A stretch of 61,572 nt of DNA, the filler included. It is 12 parts of 12 records of this genome, joined end to end, with 100 filler letters (N's around TTAATTAATTAA, not from the genome) between each part and the next. Parts side by side here need not be neighbours in the genome. Positions count along the whole stretch, not along the records: positions 31,414 to 35,814 come from SRR7504441_4979; positions 35,915 to 39,989 come from SRR7504441_5081; positions 40,090 to 45,444 come from SRR7504441_5082; positions 45,545 to 49,733 come from SRR7504441_5085; 8 more parts are not named here. One strand, given 5' to 3'. Under the pieces are notes generated by a model that was not told where the DNA came from, searched no databases, and was given only the letters and a program-made list of their open reading frames with translations. Below are positions 34,401 through 46,275 of this stretch, piece after piece. The first letter of the stretch is position 1; every line of letters begins with the position of its first letter. A program made the translations under genes and the position numbers.

Positions 34401-35790
34401 GACAAGGTGCCACTGCCCACCACATTCTCACCTGCCCCACCGCTCAACTGGTGCTGTTGCAGCGACTATCCGGATTGGGCAAACGATGGAACTCCGCTCA
34501 CCACTTCGGCTGCAAATGCGCGTCTCCATAACAACAAGTACGTGGGACCTGACGGCAAACCAACCAGTACCTGCCCCCTCGGCGCTTGGTGTGACGGTTT
34601 GACAGGCTCGCCGATCATGCAAGACCCCTATGTTGGAATCGGCCCGGACCCTCAGAAGGTGTTTCTCAGCCTTGCAACCAACACCAACCAGTATGGCCGC
34701 ACATTCCAGGACCGGTCATACGTCTTTTCGATCAAACCTAGGCCCGCAAATGTGGATGCGAATGCCAAGATCTACAACGTGAACGTGCGAGGCAAGAGAG
34801 GAAACATTGTCCAGACTTACCCGGCCGTCGAGTACGACTTTGTGCCAAACGATCTCTGCCTGCAAACGAACGACTACATCCACTTCCAGTGGACGGGCTC
34901 CGACTACAATCCGCAGCGGAACCCGAACGACGCCGAAGGCGCCGGAGATTTGACTGCTGCGAACGTGAGACAGGCATCAAGAGCCGACCGGACAAACTTG
35001 GTGGAGATGGACGCCAGCGGCGCACCACACACTAAGCCAACCACAACCAAGCGAGTGAACAACGAAGGTCCGTTCCCGGAGTCGCCAAGTCAGACTGGTG
35101 CTGGCAAGCGGAAGGGAGAGGTGGCTGGCGGAATGAACTACCCTGCCGGATTCCTCAGCGACTGGGGGAAGCAGACCTACACTGGCATGTTTTGGACCCC
35201 CCAGAACCAGCCCGACTGGAACACAATCCAGAAGCTCGCGTTCTTGGATCAGGAGCAGCGGCTGCGTGGCAAAAACCAGCAGTGCAAGACACTGGAGCAA
35301 CTGGTCCAGATCAACAACCAGCAACAGCGTGAGCGGTACTACCCAGTCTATTGCACTGTGTCGGCCTGAGTAGAGTGTGGCAGGGATCCCCAGAACTGCG
35401 CCAAACTGAACGGTGCACATGAGCCATACTTCGACGTGGGGCTCGTCCAGGTCCGCCCGGCCGCCGCGACACGGCTTGACACTGTGGCAGATGCGCAAGC
35501 CGGGCAAGTTTACTTACTTTTCGTCCAGGAACAACAACTTCTCGAACCGAAACCAAGCTGGGTTTGTGTGTGTTGGGCAAGGCCAGTGCAACGCCAACAA
35601 GGGCTGCCAGCAGCTGGTTGAGGAGGAGCTGATTCAAAAGATGAAGACAGAAGCGGCGGATGGCACCGAGCTGCTGGAAACCGAGGCAGAACCGAAGCAG
35701 CAGCTGGCGGACGAGTGCGACGCTGATTGTGTGGCGGCTCTACAGACGAAGGTGGCCAACCTGGAGCAGCAGCTCCGTGAGCACAAGTAG
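31414..35790 (+). CDS. DD3-3-like protein with a large inserted region (PA14-like, Cys-rich and kringle-like modules); 5' partial
   Basis: Family motifs [80 protein letters not shown] and SSRNNNFSNR. Short introns include 31488-31528 (GC-AG) and 31836-31875. Confidence 0.85.
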
Positions 35791-35914
35791 ATTGCGCTTT
35801 TCGGAATGACTTATNNNNNNNNNNNNNNNNNNNNNNNNNNNNNNNNNNNNNNNNNNNNTTAATTAATTAANNNNNNNNNNNNNNNNNNNNNNNNNNNNNN
35901 NNNNNNNNNNNNNN

Positions 35915-38468
35915 CCGGAGCCAGAGCCGGAGCCCGAGCCAGAGAAGCCGGTCGAGTTTGTGCCTCGGGCGCGGGCGGCGTATGCAGGCCGACGAGAGAA
36001 CTTTGTGAGGCAGAACCTGAACACTTATAATAAGAAGATCAGCGGGCTCCGTAAGGCCTCGGGGCAGGGCCGGGCCAAGCGGGCGGTCAAGAAGTCCAGG
36101 CGGGAGGCTGGGGCCCCGGGCGAGGGCTGGTCGATGGCGAATGACATTGAGCTGATCGCCGTGGCCACCGGCCGGAGCACAGTGGACGAGCAGGAGTGGG
36201 ACAAGGCCTGCCTCGAGATGGAACTGCCGGCCCCCGGGGCGGCCAGACCGCTCCGGCCCGGCGAGGAGGTCACCGAGGAGCGGCTGCGGGCGGCGCTCAA
36301 GCAGCACTTTGGGCACTGTGAGTTCAGACCGGGGCAGTTGTTCGCGATCGAGCGCACAGTGGCCGGGCAGTCGAGCCTTATCATCCTACCGACCGGGGTG
36401 GGCAAGTCGCTCTGCTACCAGCTCCCGGCGCTGTTCCTGCCGGGCCTCACGCTGGTGGTCTCGCCTCTGATATCGCTAATGGCAGACCAGTTGGCCAAAC
36501 TGCCCAAAGCTGCCCCGGGCGCCATGCTCACCTCTCAGCTAACCCCCGAGCAGTCTGCGGACGTCTTCCGGCGGGTGCGCGACGGGAGCTGCCGGGTGCT
36601 GTTTGTGTCGCCGGAGCGGTTCCTGTCGTACAGCTTCATGGCGCTGATGGACTCAATCCAGATCTCGGTTGCGGTCGTGGATGAGGTGCACTGCATGTCC
36701 CAGTGGTCTCACAACTTCAGGCCGGCCTACCTCAAGCTCGGTGGGATGCTCCGGGAGCGGCTCGGGGTCGGCTGCGTGCTGGCGCTCACAGCCACCGCCA
36801 CGGTGGCCACCCAGCGACACATAACTGAGGTGCTTCAGCTGCCAAATGAAGGCAGGCACATCCAGGCTCCGATCCGGGAGAACCTGCACTTGTCAGTCTC
36901 CCGCGAGGAAGTGGCCAGCAACAAGCTTCACGACCTGTGCAGCCTGCTCCGGAGCCCAAAGTTCCGGCAGATGCGTTCGATCATCGTGTACGTGGCCTTC
37001 AAGTGGCAGGCCACTGAGCTCGCGAGCAAGCTAGTCGAGAGTCAGTTCGCTGCAGCACCGTACCACGCCGGTCTGCCTGCGCACGAGCGGTCGACGGTTT
37101 ACCGCAGGTTCCTGGAGGACAAGCTCAAGGTGGTGGTGGCCACGGTGGCGTTCGGGATGGGGATTGACAAAGCGAATGTGGACGGCGTGGTGCACTACAG
37201 CATGCCAAAGTCTATCGAGGCGTACGTGCAAGAAGTTGGCAGAGCCGGGCGAGACATGCGCACTCAGGCCGTCTGCCACACTTTTCTGTCGGACGACGAC
37301 TGGCTGCGCTTCCGGGCGCTGCTGCACAGTGACGTAGTGGATCGGGTGACAATCTGCGGGATCGTGCAGGCGTTGGTCTGCACCAAGGACATAGCAGCGC
37401 CCAAGAAGCGGAAGCGGGGCCAGCTCAAAGGGCTCCGACACAACATGGCGATCGAGCAGCTGCTGCGCGAGACCAAGTCGCTGCTCCCCAACACAAAGTG
37501 CGTGATTCACCTCGACTCGCTAGAGAAAGAGCTCGACGTCCGAAAGGCATCGGCCGGGCCAGGCTGAGCTGAGCTGTGTGCAGGAGCTGATTGAGACGAT
37601 CATTTGCTATTTGGCCAAGTTGGGCCACCTGCGCACGCTGCCGCCGGTCTGTGGCAAGTGTTCCGTCGAGTTTCGGCGGCGAGACCCATCCGAGCTGTCC
37701 AGCTCACACAGTGTTGTCGAATACATCCTGCAGAAAGTCAAGCCGCTCGCAGGCGGTCGGTACAAGTTTGGGATGGCTGCGGCCGCCAACGGGCTGCGAA
37801 TGCCTGTCAAGGCAGTAGAGCAGCAGCTGTTTGGGCTGCAGCGGATGCACGAGCTTCGGTACGAGCTGAGCGAGCCCGGGCCGCACTTTGAGCTGCTCAA
37901 GCTTCCGTATGGGGCTGATATGCCGGCGCTGATCGACCACCTGCACAAGATCATGAGCCAACTGGTCACAGCCAACCTCGCCAAGCTGAACGCGGCCTAC
38001 CTGTCGCTCCGTGAGGCCGTGTGCTGCGAGGGGCACGCCAAGGCGGCCAGTTTCCTGCACGAGGCCCGGGCCGAAAGCCAGGCGCTGCACAGGGCAGTGT
38101 CAGACTACTTTGTGGAGGAGAGCAGCCCGAGCTCTGTAAAGCTGCCGGTGATGGATTGGGTCGAACAGGAGGCCAGCTCTCGCGGCAAGACGCTCCGAGC
38201 CGAGGTGCAGGCGTTCATCAACCGGGAGGGCGCGGCCAAGCTGCAGAGCGGCCGGTGTGTCGCGTGCATCTTCCAGGGGATACCCAGCCCCAAGTACCCA
38301 ACTGACGTGTGGAAGAAGCGTCCAGAGTGGGGACGGTACGTGTGTGTGCCATTCGAGCAGATTCGGGCGGTGGCGAATGAGGAGCTGCAGTTGGCTTGGG
38401 TTGGGCTGGAGGTCGAGACCAATGCGAAGAAAAAGACAGCTAGAAGTACATGTACTCAGAAAGAATAA
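35915..38468 (+). CDS. RECQL4: RecQ helicase, RECQL4-like (5' partial)
   Basis: RENFVRQNL, LPTGVGKSLCYQLP, VDEVHCMSQWSHNFRPAY, ATVAFGMGIDK, YVQEVGRAGRD. GC-AG intron 37547-37583 joins the C-terminal exon with VACIFQGIPSPKYP...WGRY, typical of the RECQL4 C-terminus. Confidence 0.9.
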
Positions 38469-38688
38469 ATTAAGAATCTGCATTGTGCACAATAAGTCAT
38501 TCATGTAACAACCCGTACCGGTCGTCTGCCACCATGATTGTGTTGCGAGTCTAGCAGTGACCCTAAAATGAGGGGGGCGGGGGGACTCGAACGCCCGCGA
38601 TCGGGGGTTCACATGCCCGGTATATTCGGTGTGTACAGTGTACGTGTGCATCGGCAGGCCCGGGCGCCCGGCGCAATTCAGGCTTCAT

Positions 38689-39870
38689 TTATTCACCTAG
38701 TATGTTACGTACGTACGCAGTATGTGAGGCCGCGTCACCGCCTAGTTGCTGCGAAACCTCAAGCAACCCGCGACAGCCAGCAAACACTCCGAGGTGTCCA
38801 CTCAGTTTCACCTCCTGTGTCCACCGACCCAGACCTCCTGTGCGCAACCCGAAGTCCTTTTCCGGCTGCTGCCCGACGAGCGCGCTCACGTTGAGCAGCG
38901 GGATGTCGACATGATACGACACGACGAACGACGCATTGGCGTTGCGTGAAAACGCCTGGGCCCCCGCGGGAGCGATGCTGCACGGCGTGGCCGTCCCGGA
39001 CTGCAGCCACGCCCGGCTGGTCGGGTCGGCGGAGTCCATCACCATCCCACGGCACGAGCCGCCGGATGCCCCACACACAAACGCTGTCGGGCCCGCCCCG
39101 CGCTGCTGGCCTTGACGCAGGAAGTAGATACAGACGAAGTTCCCAACGGCGTTCGATACCGAGTACCCTGTGAACACGCTCTCCACGTACGCCACCGCCC
39201 CGTCGCCCAGTGTTTGGCCGCCCACCCTGCCGTGGATTCGGGCGTCGAGAGCAGAGAACGAGTACGCACCGAGCTCCTCCGTGGTCGGCACGAATCCGAC
39301 GCCCCTCTTCGGCCACGTGCGGCTGTCGCCCTGGGGCGTGAGCCGGATGCCCTCCACGGTGAGGTTTACCCGCTCCGCTGGGCTCGAGCTCACCCTAAAG
39401 GTGGCGCCCCCGCCGACCTGGCCACTCCGGGCGACGCTCGTCTTTGACTCGTCCTGCCATGTCGCATTCCACGAGCCCGGATGAAGCCTCCCATGCGTCT
39501 CCACCGAAAACGAGGAGCCCCACGCGCTCGCGAAATCGCAGATCCCGCCCCCGGCCTCGGAGCGATAGCTGCCTGCGCCCTCGTCGAACCAGACGGCGAA
39601 CAGCAGCACGTCGCGCCAGTCACCACATCGAAGATTCTGCGCGCCAGGCTTGGATGCGTCCAGGCAGAGCACCTCCGCCAAAAGCGAGACGAAACCGCCA
39701 GTCCCAGAGAGGGCCTGCACGAAGATGCGCTGCGTGGCGTATCGCTCGTGCAGTATCGCCCTTGAAAACGGCGTGGCGAGCAGTGGCGTCTCTCCCGGCA
39801 TGGTGCAGTTCTGCGGCGCCCCCTCGCCGCTCGCCAGGAGCAGAAGCATGGACAAAAGCGGCGGCATCAT
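38689..39870 (-). CDS. Secreted hypothetical beta-rich protein
   Basis: 393-aa ORF with signal peptide MMPPLLSMLLLLASGEG; no family recognised. Confidence 0.6.
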   Translation of the reverse strand: MMPPLLSMLLLLASGEGAPQNCTMPGETPLLATPFSRAILHERYATQRIFVQALSGTGGFVSLLAEVLCLDASKPGAQNLRCGDWRDVLLFAVWFDEGAGSYRSEAGGGICDFASAWGSSFSVETHGRLHPGSWNATWQDESKTSVARSGQVGGGATFRVSSSPAERVNLTVEGIRLTPQGDSRTWPKRGVGFVPTTEELGAYSFSALDARIHGRVGGQTLGDGAVAYVESVFTGYSVSNAVGNFVCIYFLRQGQQRGAGPTAFVCGASGGSCRGMVMDSADPTSRAWLQSGTATPCSIAPAGAQAFSRNANASFVVSYHVDIPLLNVSALVGQQPEKDFGLRTGGLGRWTQEVKLSGHLGVFAGCRGLLEVSQQLGGDAASHTAYVRNILGE

Positions 39871-40196
39871 GCCTTGTCTCCTCCAGAGTGGTCCTCAACG
39901 ATATTCCGGAAGTATAACGGAACACAGTTCGAATTCCAAGCAACATGGTGTCCGCTGATCTGGAGGAGCGGATGCTGCCGGCGGAAGAGNNNNNNNNNNN
40001 NNNNNNNNNNNNNNNNNNNNNNNNNNNNNNNNNTTAATTAATTAANNNNNNNNNNNNNNNNNNNNNNNNNNNNNNNNNNNNNNNNNNNNGACATGTATGC
40101 GATCCTGCGACCGTGTGGGCAGGCCGTCAGTCGCCTGATAGTAAACTCGAACTGACCGCCTGCCGACCGAAGCTGCCGACAGCTTGCTGAGGGACG

Positions 40197-41150
40197 ATGG
40201 TAGGCGTTGAGCTATCCGCTAAAGCAACTACGGTGGCGCAGGTGACTACCCGCCGCTCTATCCTGCTGATCTCCATCGCCGCCCTTGCGTGTGCCTTCCC
40301 CCAAGCCGAAGATGAAATCGTCCGCGAGGTGTGGCCTCTCCGCCCATCTCGGCTGACGCGCGGGGGCAGCCCGACCTGCCCCAAGCCAAGACCGCCCACA
40401 CTGGCGAGCCGCCGCCCTCCTGGTCTCAACCTGAAGCGGCAGGCGCGGTGGTGCCCGAGCTAATGCAAAGCGAGTCGGGCTTTTTGGGGATCGGCGAGAA
40501 GCTCAGCAAAATGAAGAGCGCCGCCCAATCGATCGGCAATTCGATCTACGAAAAGATCGCCGGGCTCAAGTCCGCGGTGAGTGCCGTAAGGACGGTGGCA
40601 GAAGTAAAGCGCGGCGGCACCACGGCGGTGCTCAAGGTACGGCTGGCCCGGTCGCGGTCCAGCAACCCTCGGGCAGAAAGTAATGTCAAAGCTGAGTGAG
40701 CAGACCGCCACCAAGCTGAGCTCGGTGCTCGGCCACCTCAAGACCGGGGCCAAGAGCATCCGCGTGGACGTTTCGCCCACAGTGGATGTGAACAGCGACG
40801 TGGTTGTCAACGTTGGGTCAGATATCAACGTGAGCAGCTAGAGCCGCTGGTGCAGAGCAGTGGAGCAGGTGACAATGCCCAAGATGTTGCGGCAAAGGAA
40901 GCCGAACGACAAAGATATGGGGGTTTGGAAGGTATACAGCACTATTCCTGGCACAGCCTCAGTCTTCTGCAGGAGGATGGGCACGTGCACGTGCGAGTGA
41001 ACCCGATCGTCAATGTCGCCGACGAGGACTTTGTGAATGTTGGAAAGAATATCAAGGTGCAGTTCATTGTATATATGATATCTCAATGCCCCAGAACCGA
41101 GATCTGGCCGAGATTGCGATCGAACTCATGGCTACGCAGGTCACTGGTGG
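40197..41150 (+). CDS. Small secreted multi-exon protein with an internal Val/Asn/Asp repeat (3' end approximate)
   Basis: Signal peptide SILLISIAALACA. Exons read ELMQSESGFLGIGEKLSKMKSAA..., IRVDVSPTVDVNSDVVVNVGSDINV and VHVRVNPIVNVADEDFVNVGKNIK. Confidence 0.5.
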
Positions 41151-41587
41151 CCGGACAACTCTTCCCGCCGATCAATGAGTTACCAATGAGTACCACAAGT
41201 CATGACTCATGCAGACTCACTAACCTACTACCGTACACACACGGCCCACCATCTGTGGACTGCCTACTTATTGCGAGCTGGTCGACAAGCTCAATCTTGA
41301 TAGTTGTGTACTCCGGTTCAAAGAGATTGATTCGAGATACTGACTGATGTATGATTGATAAAACATGATTGTTTCTCATACGAGTACAACTATTTATGTA
41401 CAAGATGTACAAGATAATAGTTTGAACACATGTAAAATCTAAACTTTAACACTTTAATCTAGTACGTAAGTCTATTTGTAAGTACGGTAACTAGTACGTA
41501 CGAGTACGGTAGTCTATCAGATGCAATGCCGTGATTGTCTTCGAACGATTAGTCTTCGCCCAGCCGCCGGTGTAGCTTAGGTGTAGC

Positions 41588-44098
41588 TCAGCCGCTGGCC
41601 ACAACAACGTGCGGTCCCGCAGAAACCATATCCAAGCACAAGTAGGCGCCCTTGTTTGGTCCTGACAGGTCTGGTCGGCCTTGCTTAGTCTGACCATCAA
41701 GGAGCAGCTTAACATCCGAAGTGGCCATCTCTCGCAAGGGGACGCACAGCGTCGCCTCGGTGCTCTCTGGCACCGTCACGTTTAGTTGTACCAAGCCAGC
41801 TTGCTGCCTCAGATTTATACGGACGGGACCTTTGGGCGTTGGAACAACAATGGCCACCGAGCTCAAATTGCCTGGAGCAGGTCGCGCAGTCCATTTCCCC
41901 CATCCAGGTGTGACTGGCCGCACTCCCATCAGCCCTGAGGCGATAGCGCTCGCAGGCGTGGACGACCAGGGGTGAGAGTGGGTGCCGTCGTGTGGGTACC
42001 AATGCTCCCAGGTGGCGGTCGCCCCAAGATTGATCATGTGGCACCACGAGTGATCCGTGCACTGCGTCATCAGCTCGAGCGCCGTCTGACCAAAATCCAA
42101 TGACGACGCGCGGTCATAGAGCCCGTGAATCAGCGAGTGCGACGAATAGGTGGAACCAACCATCCCCTGGCCCTGGAGATAGCTGAGTGCAGCAGCAACT
42201 CCATGCTCAGGCGTCACCCCGAGTGAAAGCAGGTAGTGCTGCGAGTGGAACGTCGACCCTGGTGTCTTGTCACATACTCCATCGCACCACATGCCATCTG
42301 CATTGTACATCCGGCTAAGCATCGCAGCCTTGGTGCGTGCTGCCTGCGCCGACAGCCGAGAAGCCCACTGAGGGCGATTTGTAGCATTGGCCAGCTCCGC
42401 CAGGAGCGTCATGCTTCTAACAGCAAAGGCATTGATAATCGAACTTACAGGAGAAAAGTTATACCCTGCACGAAACTTTGGCAACCAGTCTATGTTGTCA
42501 CAGCTCCTCCCGCCATCCTGGACGCCTTCAGGAAAAGTGGCCGTGTCATTGTGGCAGATTGGAGAGTTGCCATCAAAGAATGGTCCAATCCAATGGCCGT
42601 CAGGTGCAGTGAGAGTGCTGCTGAAGTTGACAAGCTGGCTATCAGGATCGACGAATGGCAGCATGGTGTTGTTGACCAACAGCCCAAAGTTCTGATCAGC
42701 AAGCGAGCTATCCCCGGACTGCATGTAGTGCTCATGCGTCAGCAATATCGAGTATTGCTTCCATTCCGTCGGCCAGGTCGGGTTATTAAGCACGAATTGC
42801 GTCGAGTGCCGGGGCCACGCTCTCTCAGACCGGAGCGCCCAGTAGCTCCGAGAGGTGACGAATCCGTCGGCCTCATATGGGCACCTCTCGCGCACGTTGG
42901 AGTCGGTGAACGTATCGAGCACATTGTATTTGATTGTGTTGTAGCACAGATTCCACACCCTGTCGAGCATCGTCGAGGACGACGCAAATGAAGCCTCGTC
43001 CTCCCACGGGTAGGACGCCGTCCACTGGCTCAGCGAGAAGTTCAGTCCGGCGTCGCGCACGTTAGACGCCTTGAGGCGTATCTCACCATACCTCCACAGC
43101 CCAACATACTCGTGCTGCTCGAATCTGCTCTCGCCTGCAGCTAGGGTGAGCTGGGAGACGTACAACGGGATCTTGTTCCAGTTCTCGGGGTCGAACGGCA
43201 GCCCAGGGACCAGCACCGAGTGCTTATCGAAATGCCCCAGCTGCTCGGCCAGTCTCACCTCCACTTGGGCTCCACTGCCCCCCCACGCCTCCGCAGTGGC
43301 TGCAGGCACCACCAACGAGACCCCCGCAGTGCGCTCCTGCCCAAAATCAAAGAAGTAATGATCCGCTGAGAGCTGCAACAGTTGTGTTGTCTTCAGACCA
43401 GTCTGGATCACAATCGGCAGCGTCGTCTTGGCCACCGGTGGCGAGGCCACACGGCGTTGCTCTGCCTTTGACCACCCCCGGGCCGCCGGATCGAATTGGG
43501 CCAGCCGCCAATCGGAGATATTTGCTAATGGCCGCGCATCGATATCCTCGTTGACATAGTAGTGCCCCCCGCCGGTGTCCAGCTGACCCTTTTTGAAGAT
43601 GCTGTCTGCGTTGAAGCTGAACCAGTCGCCCCCGCTCCGCACCCGCCCCACGCACCGGCCGGCCGCGTCGAGCAGCTCGGCCTCGAGCATCACCCAGCCC
43701 GCAGCCCCGCCGTTCGGCTGGAAGCACTGAAGCGCCAGGCTGATCGAGCCGCCTCCAGCCCGGAGCACCTCAGCGGGCACCTCCACCGAGTCGAAGACGG
43801 CGTTGGTCGAGTCAACTGACACGGGCACCTCGCCGCGCCCGGGCCCGGTGGTCAGGTCCAGTCCGTTGACAGAGAGCCGGTACAGACCGAGCACTTGCTG
43901 CCTGTCCAAATTGTCCTGGGCCGCCGAAACCAGCACTCGCATCCGCGCCGGGGCGGCGGACAGCCGCAGCGTCGGGGGCCGGAGCAGCACGAACGAGGCG
44001 CCCCAGGCTGCCGGCGCCCAGATTCCCATCGTCTGATTCGAGAAGCCCTGCGCGTCCGCCACAGCTAAAAGGGTGAGGGCTCCTATCAGCCATTGCAT
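41588..44098 (-). CDS. Alpha-L-rhamnosidase (GH78)
   Basis: Signal peptide; FFDFGQE, FTDSNVRERCPYEAD, WPTEW, GATATWEHW, THSHPWSSTP and VPTPKGPV; intronless 836 aa. Confidence 0.92.
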   Translation of the reverse strand: MQWLIGALTLLAVADAQGFSNQTMGIWAPAAWGASFVLLRPPTLRLSAAPARMRVLVSAAQDNLDRQQVLGLYRLSVNGLDLTTGPGRGEVPVSVDSTNAVFDSVEVPAEVLRAGGGSISLALQCFQPNGGAAGWVMLEAELLDAAGRCVGRVRSGGDWFSFNADSIFKKGQLDTGGGHYYVNEDIDARPLANISDWRLAQFDPAARGWSKAEQRRVASPPVAKTTLPIVIQTGLKTTQLLQLSADHYFFDFGQERTAGVSLVVPAATAEAWGGSGAQVEVRLAEQLGHFDKHSVLVPGLPFDPENWNKIPLYVSQLTLAAGESRFEQHEYVGLWRYGEIRLKASNVRDAGLNFSLSQWTASYPWEDEASFASSSTMLDRVWNLCYNTIKYNVLDTFTDSNVRERCPYEADGFVTSRSYWALRSERAWPRHSTQFVLNNPTWPTEWKQYSILLTHEHYMQSGDSSLADQNFGLLVNNTMLPFVDPDSQLVNFSSTLTAPDGHWIGPFFDGNSPICHNDTATFPEGVQDGGRSCDNIDWLPKFRAGYNFSPVSSIINAFAVRSMTLLAELANATNRPQWASRLSAQAARTKAAMLSRMYNADGMWCDGVCDKTPGSTFHSQHYLLSLGVTPEHGVAAALSYLQGQGMVGSTYSSHSLIHGLYDRASSLDFGQTALELMTQCTDHSWCHMINLGATATWEHWYPHDGTHSHPWSSTPASAIASGLMGVRPVTPGWGKWTARPAPGNLSSVAIVVPTPKGPVRINLRQQAGLVQLNVTVPESTEATLCVPLREMATSDVKLLLDGQTKQGRPDLSGPNKGAYLCLDMVSAGPHVVVASG

Positions 44099-44150
44099 GA
44101 TTGCAAAATAACGGATTCAGCTGGTCGGCAGCACCGCCTGCGCGCCAGGC

Positions 44151-44873
44151 ATGGCTGGGAAGCGTAAGCGGGGCGCCAGGGCGACCCGGATCGCGTTCGG
44201 TTCGCTGCAGACCAACTGCGAGCCACTGCAGGCGGCACTGCGCAGCGAGGGCCTGGCGCTGATCTCCGAGCTGCCGGCCGGGCTGCGGCAGAGCCTGCGT
44301 GCGGCGCTGGACAGTCTGGCCGGGTTCTTTGGGCTGCCGGACAAGACCAAGGACCGGGCGTCACTCGGACCGACCGGGGAGATCGGATTCCTGCGCGGCG
44401 GGGCCACCAGGCAGCAGTGGCACCAGGAGGCAGGGGCCGAGCCGGAGATCTGGCCCGCGGACACCCCAGAGGGGTTCAGGCAAGCGCTCTCTGCTGCGGC
44501 CGAGGAGCTGCGCCGGGTAGGGGAGCGCCTGACCGCCGGATTGGGCCGTCCGAACGGGGCCAGCTGGGGCCAGGGAGAGGCGATGCTTGATTGCTACCAC
44601 TACCGGGAAGCCGGGGTGGGCGCCGAGCTCTACCCGGTGCATATAGACCCCGGACTGCTCACGTTCGGGCCGCTGCCTCGAGGCGAGGGCCTGGAGGTCA
44701 AGCTGCCGGGCGGCGAGTGGGCCCGGCTGAGTGAGCTGGCCGCGTCGAGCTCCGATCTAGTGGTGTTTGCCAATGCGGCCTTGCCGGTGTACTTGGAGGA
44801 GGCGGTGCCGCTCGAGCATAGGGTGGTAGGGTGCGGCGTGCCACGGCTCTCAATGCTCTACAACATTGGATGA
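44151..44873 (+). CDS. 2-oxoglutarate/Fe(II) oxygenase (IPNS-like)
   Basis: HxD motif PVHIDPGLLT, GLEV, distal EHRV and RLS. Confidence 0.85.
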   Translation: MAGKRKRGARATRIAFGSLQTNCEPLQAALRSEGLALISELPAGLRQSLRAALDSLAGFFGLPDKTKDRASLGPTGEIGFLRGGATRQQWHQEAGAEPEIWPADTPEGFRQALSAAAEELRRVGERLTAGLGRPNGASWGQGEAMLDCYHYREAGVGAELYPVHIDPGLLTFGPLPRGEGLEVKLPGGEWARLSELAASSSDLVVFANAALPVYLEEAVPLEHRVVGCGVPRLSMLYNIG

Positions 44874-45565
44874 AACGCATCGTGTACGAGTAGCAATGCC
44901 ACGATACTTTAATAAGTCTTGTAAGCATATCCCCTATGGGCGTTCATCTCTATCAATACAATTAATGCGGATTTAATGCGGATTATTAGATTTGTTGTTT
45001 TCATTTTGATTTGTTTCGACTTGGCTGTATTAGTACCGTACGGAGTTAGTACGGAGTTGGTATCGAGCAGCGCAGCAATGCCCGTCCAAGCTCTATCCAA
45101 ACTCAATTCCAAGTCCACTCATCATGATCAACTAATTACTTTTCGAGCTCGAAGAGTCGTACGGTACGTGCTGCTAACTACCCATGAACGAGTTGCTTCA
45201 TTCACTCGTGCATGACACAACGCACACACATTTATTCCGAGTTAATCGCGTGCACTTGTAACGAATTCGACCATAGCTAGCCTTGTAACGAACTTGATCT
45301 CTATTGGGTTATCAATCAGCGCCCCAGTCTTGTAGTTGTTTCGAACACTCGACTGGATACTCAGGTTGTACGAGCTAGCGTTGTATTCGACTGGGCACGA
45401 GAGCCGGTTGCGGTGAGATATCATACGCCAGAAGTATGTCAGAGNNNNNNNNNNNNNNNNNNNNNNNNNNNNNNNNNNNNNNNNNNNNTTAATTAATTAA
45501 NNNNNNNNNNNNNNNNNNNNNNNNNNNNNNNNNNNNNNNNNNNNCCCCCAGGCTCAGCCCTCCCC

Positions 45566-46205
45566 ATGGAAGAGTCTGGGTCGGATGAAGCCCACTGCGA
45601 GGAGCGTCGCCCGCGGGTGGGGATTCTGATCGACTACAGCTTCGAGGACATGGAGGCACCGAGCCTGCCGGCCGGCCCGAGCAGCGCGGCAGGTGATGTA
45701 TCCCAAGCTCCGGCTGCAGGAGGAGGGGATCCAGATCGTGGTGGCCGGTGCGCACCCGGCCGGCACTAAGTACACCGGCAAGTTCGGGTACCCCGTGAGC
45801 TCCGACCTGCACGTGGACGACTTGGACGAGGAGGAGCTGGACGGGCTGATCATCCCCGGCGGCTTCGCGCCAGACTACATGCGTCGGGTGCCCAGGATGC
45901 TGGAGCTCGTAGCCCGAATGGTCGAGGCGCGCAAGCCCGTGGCGGCGATATGCCACGGGCCCTGGATGCTGTGCTCGGCTCGGGGGGGAGACGGGCGGCC
46001 GGTGGTGTCGGGGGTGCGCTGCACGAGCTTTGTGGCCATCAGGGACGACGTGGAGAACGCGGGGGGGATCTGGGTTGACGAGCCGGTGGTTGTGGACGGC
46101 CCGGTGATCACATCGCGCAAGCCGGACGATCTGCCGGCGTTCTGTCAACAGATCTTATCGGCTGCAATTAGCCACTTTCTGCAAGCTGCAGGCTCCAACG
46201 ACTAA
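45566..46205 (+). CDS. DJ-1/PfpI family protease/deglycase
   Basis: RVGILIDYSFEDME joins VMYP via GC-AG intron 45656-45692; also LIIPGGFAPD, AAICHGPW and TSRKPDDLPAF. Confidence 0.92.
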
Positions 46206-46275
46206 TCCATAACCTTGAATCTTAATTAAACTTAGTTAGGGTTCAGTCATGCCGCTATGTGTCTTTTCACCGGAG

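Noticed and set aside
37547-37583. Apparent frameshifts or stops splitting RecQ, PfpI, sulfatase, DD3-3 and ADAR (pseudogenes, recoding or an alternative code)
   Set aside because: Each break I checked is explained by a short GT-AG or GC-AG intron that restores conserved motifs.
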